Shown: positions 60,848 to 64,000 of the stretch, piece by piece | Layout of the letters: each line of letters begins with the position of its first letter | How positions within the stretch are numbered: position 1 is the stretch's first letter | DNA from: Squalus acanthias | Taxonomy: Eukaryota | Direction of reading: 5' to 3' | Assembly (NCBI GenBank): GCA_030390025.1 | Contig: JASTWF010000695.1 | Location: 1-64,000, forward strand | Length of the DNA stretch: 64,000 bases | Translations under genes and position numbers: made by a program | Notes under the pieces: generated by a model | What the model saw: only the letters and a program-made list of their open reading frames with translations | The model's database searches: none | What the model was told of the DNA's origin: nothing

Positions 60848-61510
60848 GGCCTGGAAATTGCGGTCTGAGTCTTGCCGCCCGCGTACACCTCCAAACCGTA
60901 AGAATCCTCCGTACTTACCTGATGGCTCCGGAGCTTCGGACTCTTGCGGTCCTGGGCCTGCACCTGAGTGAAGACCCACGGATCCCAGGGGCGCAGGCGG
61001 TTCGAAAGCGTCCCTGGGATCAATTAGCCAGGCCAACCAGTGACAAAGGTTGGATTCTGATTGTGCTCAATGGGATCCATTTGCGGACGGAATCCCCACA
61101 AGCAGAATAGGAATCACCTGATAAATACAACTTCACAACACTGAAATAAAAATAAATAATCACAGGTTCAAAATTAATTAAAATACCCTTTAATTAAACA
61201 TTTAAAAATAGATTTAATTTTTTGAATAATAAATTTAAACATTTTTAAACGGGACAATAATAACCTGAACTAATTTTAAATGAAAATGAATGTTTAAATC
61301 ATTAAAAAAATTGATTTAACATTTATTTAAATGCTCATGCTGGTAAAAGGTCTTACGCCTACTTTTACCAGGTGTAAGGGTTTGGTGGGTATTCACTGGG
61401 CAGTAGTTGGGCAAATAGCCCAAATCTGCGCCACCGAAAGTGAATTTGTAGCGACTGGGTACGATCTGTCAAGGAGAAACATGACAGATCGCAAGTTCCG
61501 GGTTATCACG
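60848..61510. mobile_element. MITE-like element related to 14022-14768, in opposite orientation
   Basis: Terminus ggcctggaaatt; ccgtacttacctg is the reverse complement of caggtaagtacgg at 14223; AT-rich core. Confidence 0.45.
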
Positions 61511-61511
61511 C

Positions 61512-64000
61512 ATCAGTACCTCTCCATGTTGAACACCACTTGGAAGAAGCACTGAGAGTAACAAGCGCACAGAACATACTCTGGGTGGGGGACTTCAATG
61601 TCCATCACCACGAGTGGCTCGGTAGCACCACTACTGACCGAGCTGCCCGACTCCTGAAGGACATCGTTGCCAGTCAGGGCCTGCGACAGGTAGAGAGAGA
61701 ACCAACACGAGGGCAAAACCCACCTGACCCCGTCCTCACCAATCTCTCTGTCGCAGGTGCATCTGTCCATGACAGTATTGGTAGCAGTGACAACCGCAGT
61801 CATTGTGGACACGAAGTCCTGTCTTCACACTGAGGACACCCTCCATCGTGTTGTGTGGCACTACCACCATGCTAAAAGGGATAGATTCAGAACAGATCTA
61901 GCAGCTCAAAACTGGGCATCCGTGAGGCACTGTGGGCCTTCAGCAGCAGCAGGATTGTATTCCACCAAAATCTGTAACCTCATGTTAACATTACCACCAA
62001 GTCAGGGGACCAACACTGGTTCAATAAGGAGTGTAGAAGAGCATGCCAGGAGCAGCACCAGCCGTACCGAAAAAAGGGTGCCAACCTGGGGAAGATGCAA
62101 CACAGGACTACATGCATTGTAAAAAGTGGAACAGCAAGCTACAGAAAGGGCTAAGCGATCCCACAATCAACGGATCAGATCAAAGCTCGGCAGTCCTGCC
62201 ACATCCAGTGGTATACCATTAAACAACTAAAGGGAGGAGAAGGTTCCATAAATATCCCCATCCTCAATGATGGTGGAGCCCAGCACGCGAGTGCAAAAGA
62301 CAATGCTGAACCGTTTGCAACCATCTTCAGCCAGAAGTGCTGAGTGGAAGATACATATCGGCCTCCTCCTGAGGTCCCCACCATCACAGAAACCAGTCTT
62401 CAGCCAATTCGATTCAATCCACGTGATATCAAGAAAAGGCTGAGCACACTGGATACAGCAAAGGCTATGGGCCCCGACAACATCCCAGCTGTCGTGCTGA
62501 AGTCTTGTGCTCCAGAACTTTCCGCGTCTGTAGCCGAGCTGTTGCAGTACAGCTAAAACACTGGCATCTATCCGACAATGTGGAAAACTGCCCAGGTATA
62601 TCCTGTCCACTAAAAGCAGGACAAATTCAATCGAGCCAATTACCGCCCAATCAGTCTGCTCGTAATCATCAACAAAGTGATGGAAGGTGTCATCGACAGT
62701 GATAACAAGCGGCACTTACTCACCAAATACCTTACCCGCTGATGCCCAGTTTGTATTCCGCCAAGACCACTCGGCTCCACACCTCATTACAGCCTTGGTC
62801 CAAACATGGACAAAGGAGCTGAATTCCAGAGGTGAGGTGAGAGTGACTGCCCTTGACATCAAGGCAGCATTTAACAGAGTGTCACATCAAGGAGCCCTAG
62901 TAAAACTGAAGTCAATCGGAATCGGGGAGAAAACTCTCCATTGGTTGAAGTGATACCTAGCACAAAGCAAAGTGGTTGTGGTGGTTTAAGGTCAATCATC
63001 ACAGCCCCAGGACTTCGCTGCCGGAGTTGCTCACGACAGTGTCCTGGGCACAACCATCTTCAGCTGTTTCATCAATGATCTTCCCTCCAACATAAGGTCA
63101 GAAATGGGGATGTTCGCTGATGACTGCAGTGTTCAGTGCCATTCACAAATCCTCAGTTAATGAAGCAGTCCATGCCCGTATGCAACAAGATCTGGACGAT
63201 GCTCAGGCTTGGGCTGATAAGTGGCAGATAACATTCACGCTACACAAGTGCCAGGCAATGAATATCTCCACCAAGCAAGAGTCTAACCACAGCCCCTTGT
63301 CTTTCAACGGCATTACGATTGCCGAATCCCCCATCATCAACATCCCAGGGGTCACCATTGACCAGAAATTTAACTGGACCAGCCACATCAATATTGTGGC
63401 AACAAAAGCTGGTCAGAGGCAAGGTATTCTGCGGCGAGTGTCTCACTTCCTGACTCCCCAAAGTCTTTCCACCATCGACAAGGCACAATTAAAGAGTGTG
63501 ATGGAATACTCTCCACTTGCCTGGATGAGTGCAGCACCAAAATCACTCAAGAAGCTCGACACCATCCAGGACAAAGCAGCCCGCTTGATTGGCACTCCAT
63601 CCCCCACCTTAAACATTCACGCTCTCCACCACCAGCGAACCGTGGCTGCAGTGTGTACCATCTACAAGATGCACTGCAGCAACTCGCCAAGGCTTCTTCG
63701 GCAGCACCTCCCAAACCCGCGACCTCTTCCAACTAGAAGGACAGTGGCAGCAGGCGCATGGTAACACCACCACCTCCAAGTGCCCCTCCAAGTCACACAC
63801 CATTCTGACTTAGAAGTATATCGCTGATCCTTCATTGTTACTGTGTCAAAATCCTGGAACTCCCTACCTAACAGCACTGTGGGAGCACCTTCACCACATG
63901 GACTGTAGCGGTTCAAGAAGGTGGCTCACCACCACCTTATGAAGGGCAATTATGGATGGGCAATAAACGCTGGCCTTGCCAGCGACGCTTACATCCCATA
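61512..64000 (+). mobile_element. Degenerate CR1/L2-group LINE (family B)
   Basis: WVGDFNVHH, ALDIKAAFNRV, ttcgctgatgac (FADD); 3' end homologous to 6330-6925. Confidence 0.88.

Overview
Vertebrate genomic DNA, most likely a cartilaginous fish (inferred from the CR1, Penelope and RTE repeat families and the type of SRCR gene). The window holds one minus-strand gene, reconstructed by hand from splice sites, spanning about 44790 to 2690. It encodes a CD163/WC1/SCART-like group-B scavenger receptor of about 1050 aa: signal peptide, 7 SRCR domains, a transmembrane helix containing a Glu, and a long tail with YEEI, IEYY (duplicated exon) and YDDV motifs. The gene has two lesions, a +1 frameshift in SRCR1 and a TAA in SRCR4. 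Both lie in phase 1-1 exons that could be skipped in frame, so it is either a pseudogene or makes a shortened isoform. The rest is mostly transposable elements: an intact full-length CR1 LINE, many CR1, L2 and RTE fragments, a degenerate Gypsy element, a probable solo LTR, MITE-like elements, and two Penelope-like families carrying minimal hammerhead ribozyme motifs, one arranged as a 138-bp-arm palindrome. There is also a ~1.3-kb intronic tandem repeat with a conserved core, and a pair of CTCF-like sites downstream of the gene. All calls are from manual reading; no database searches were run.
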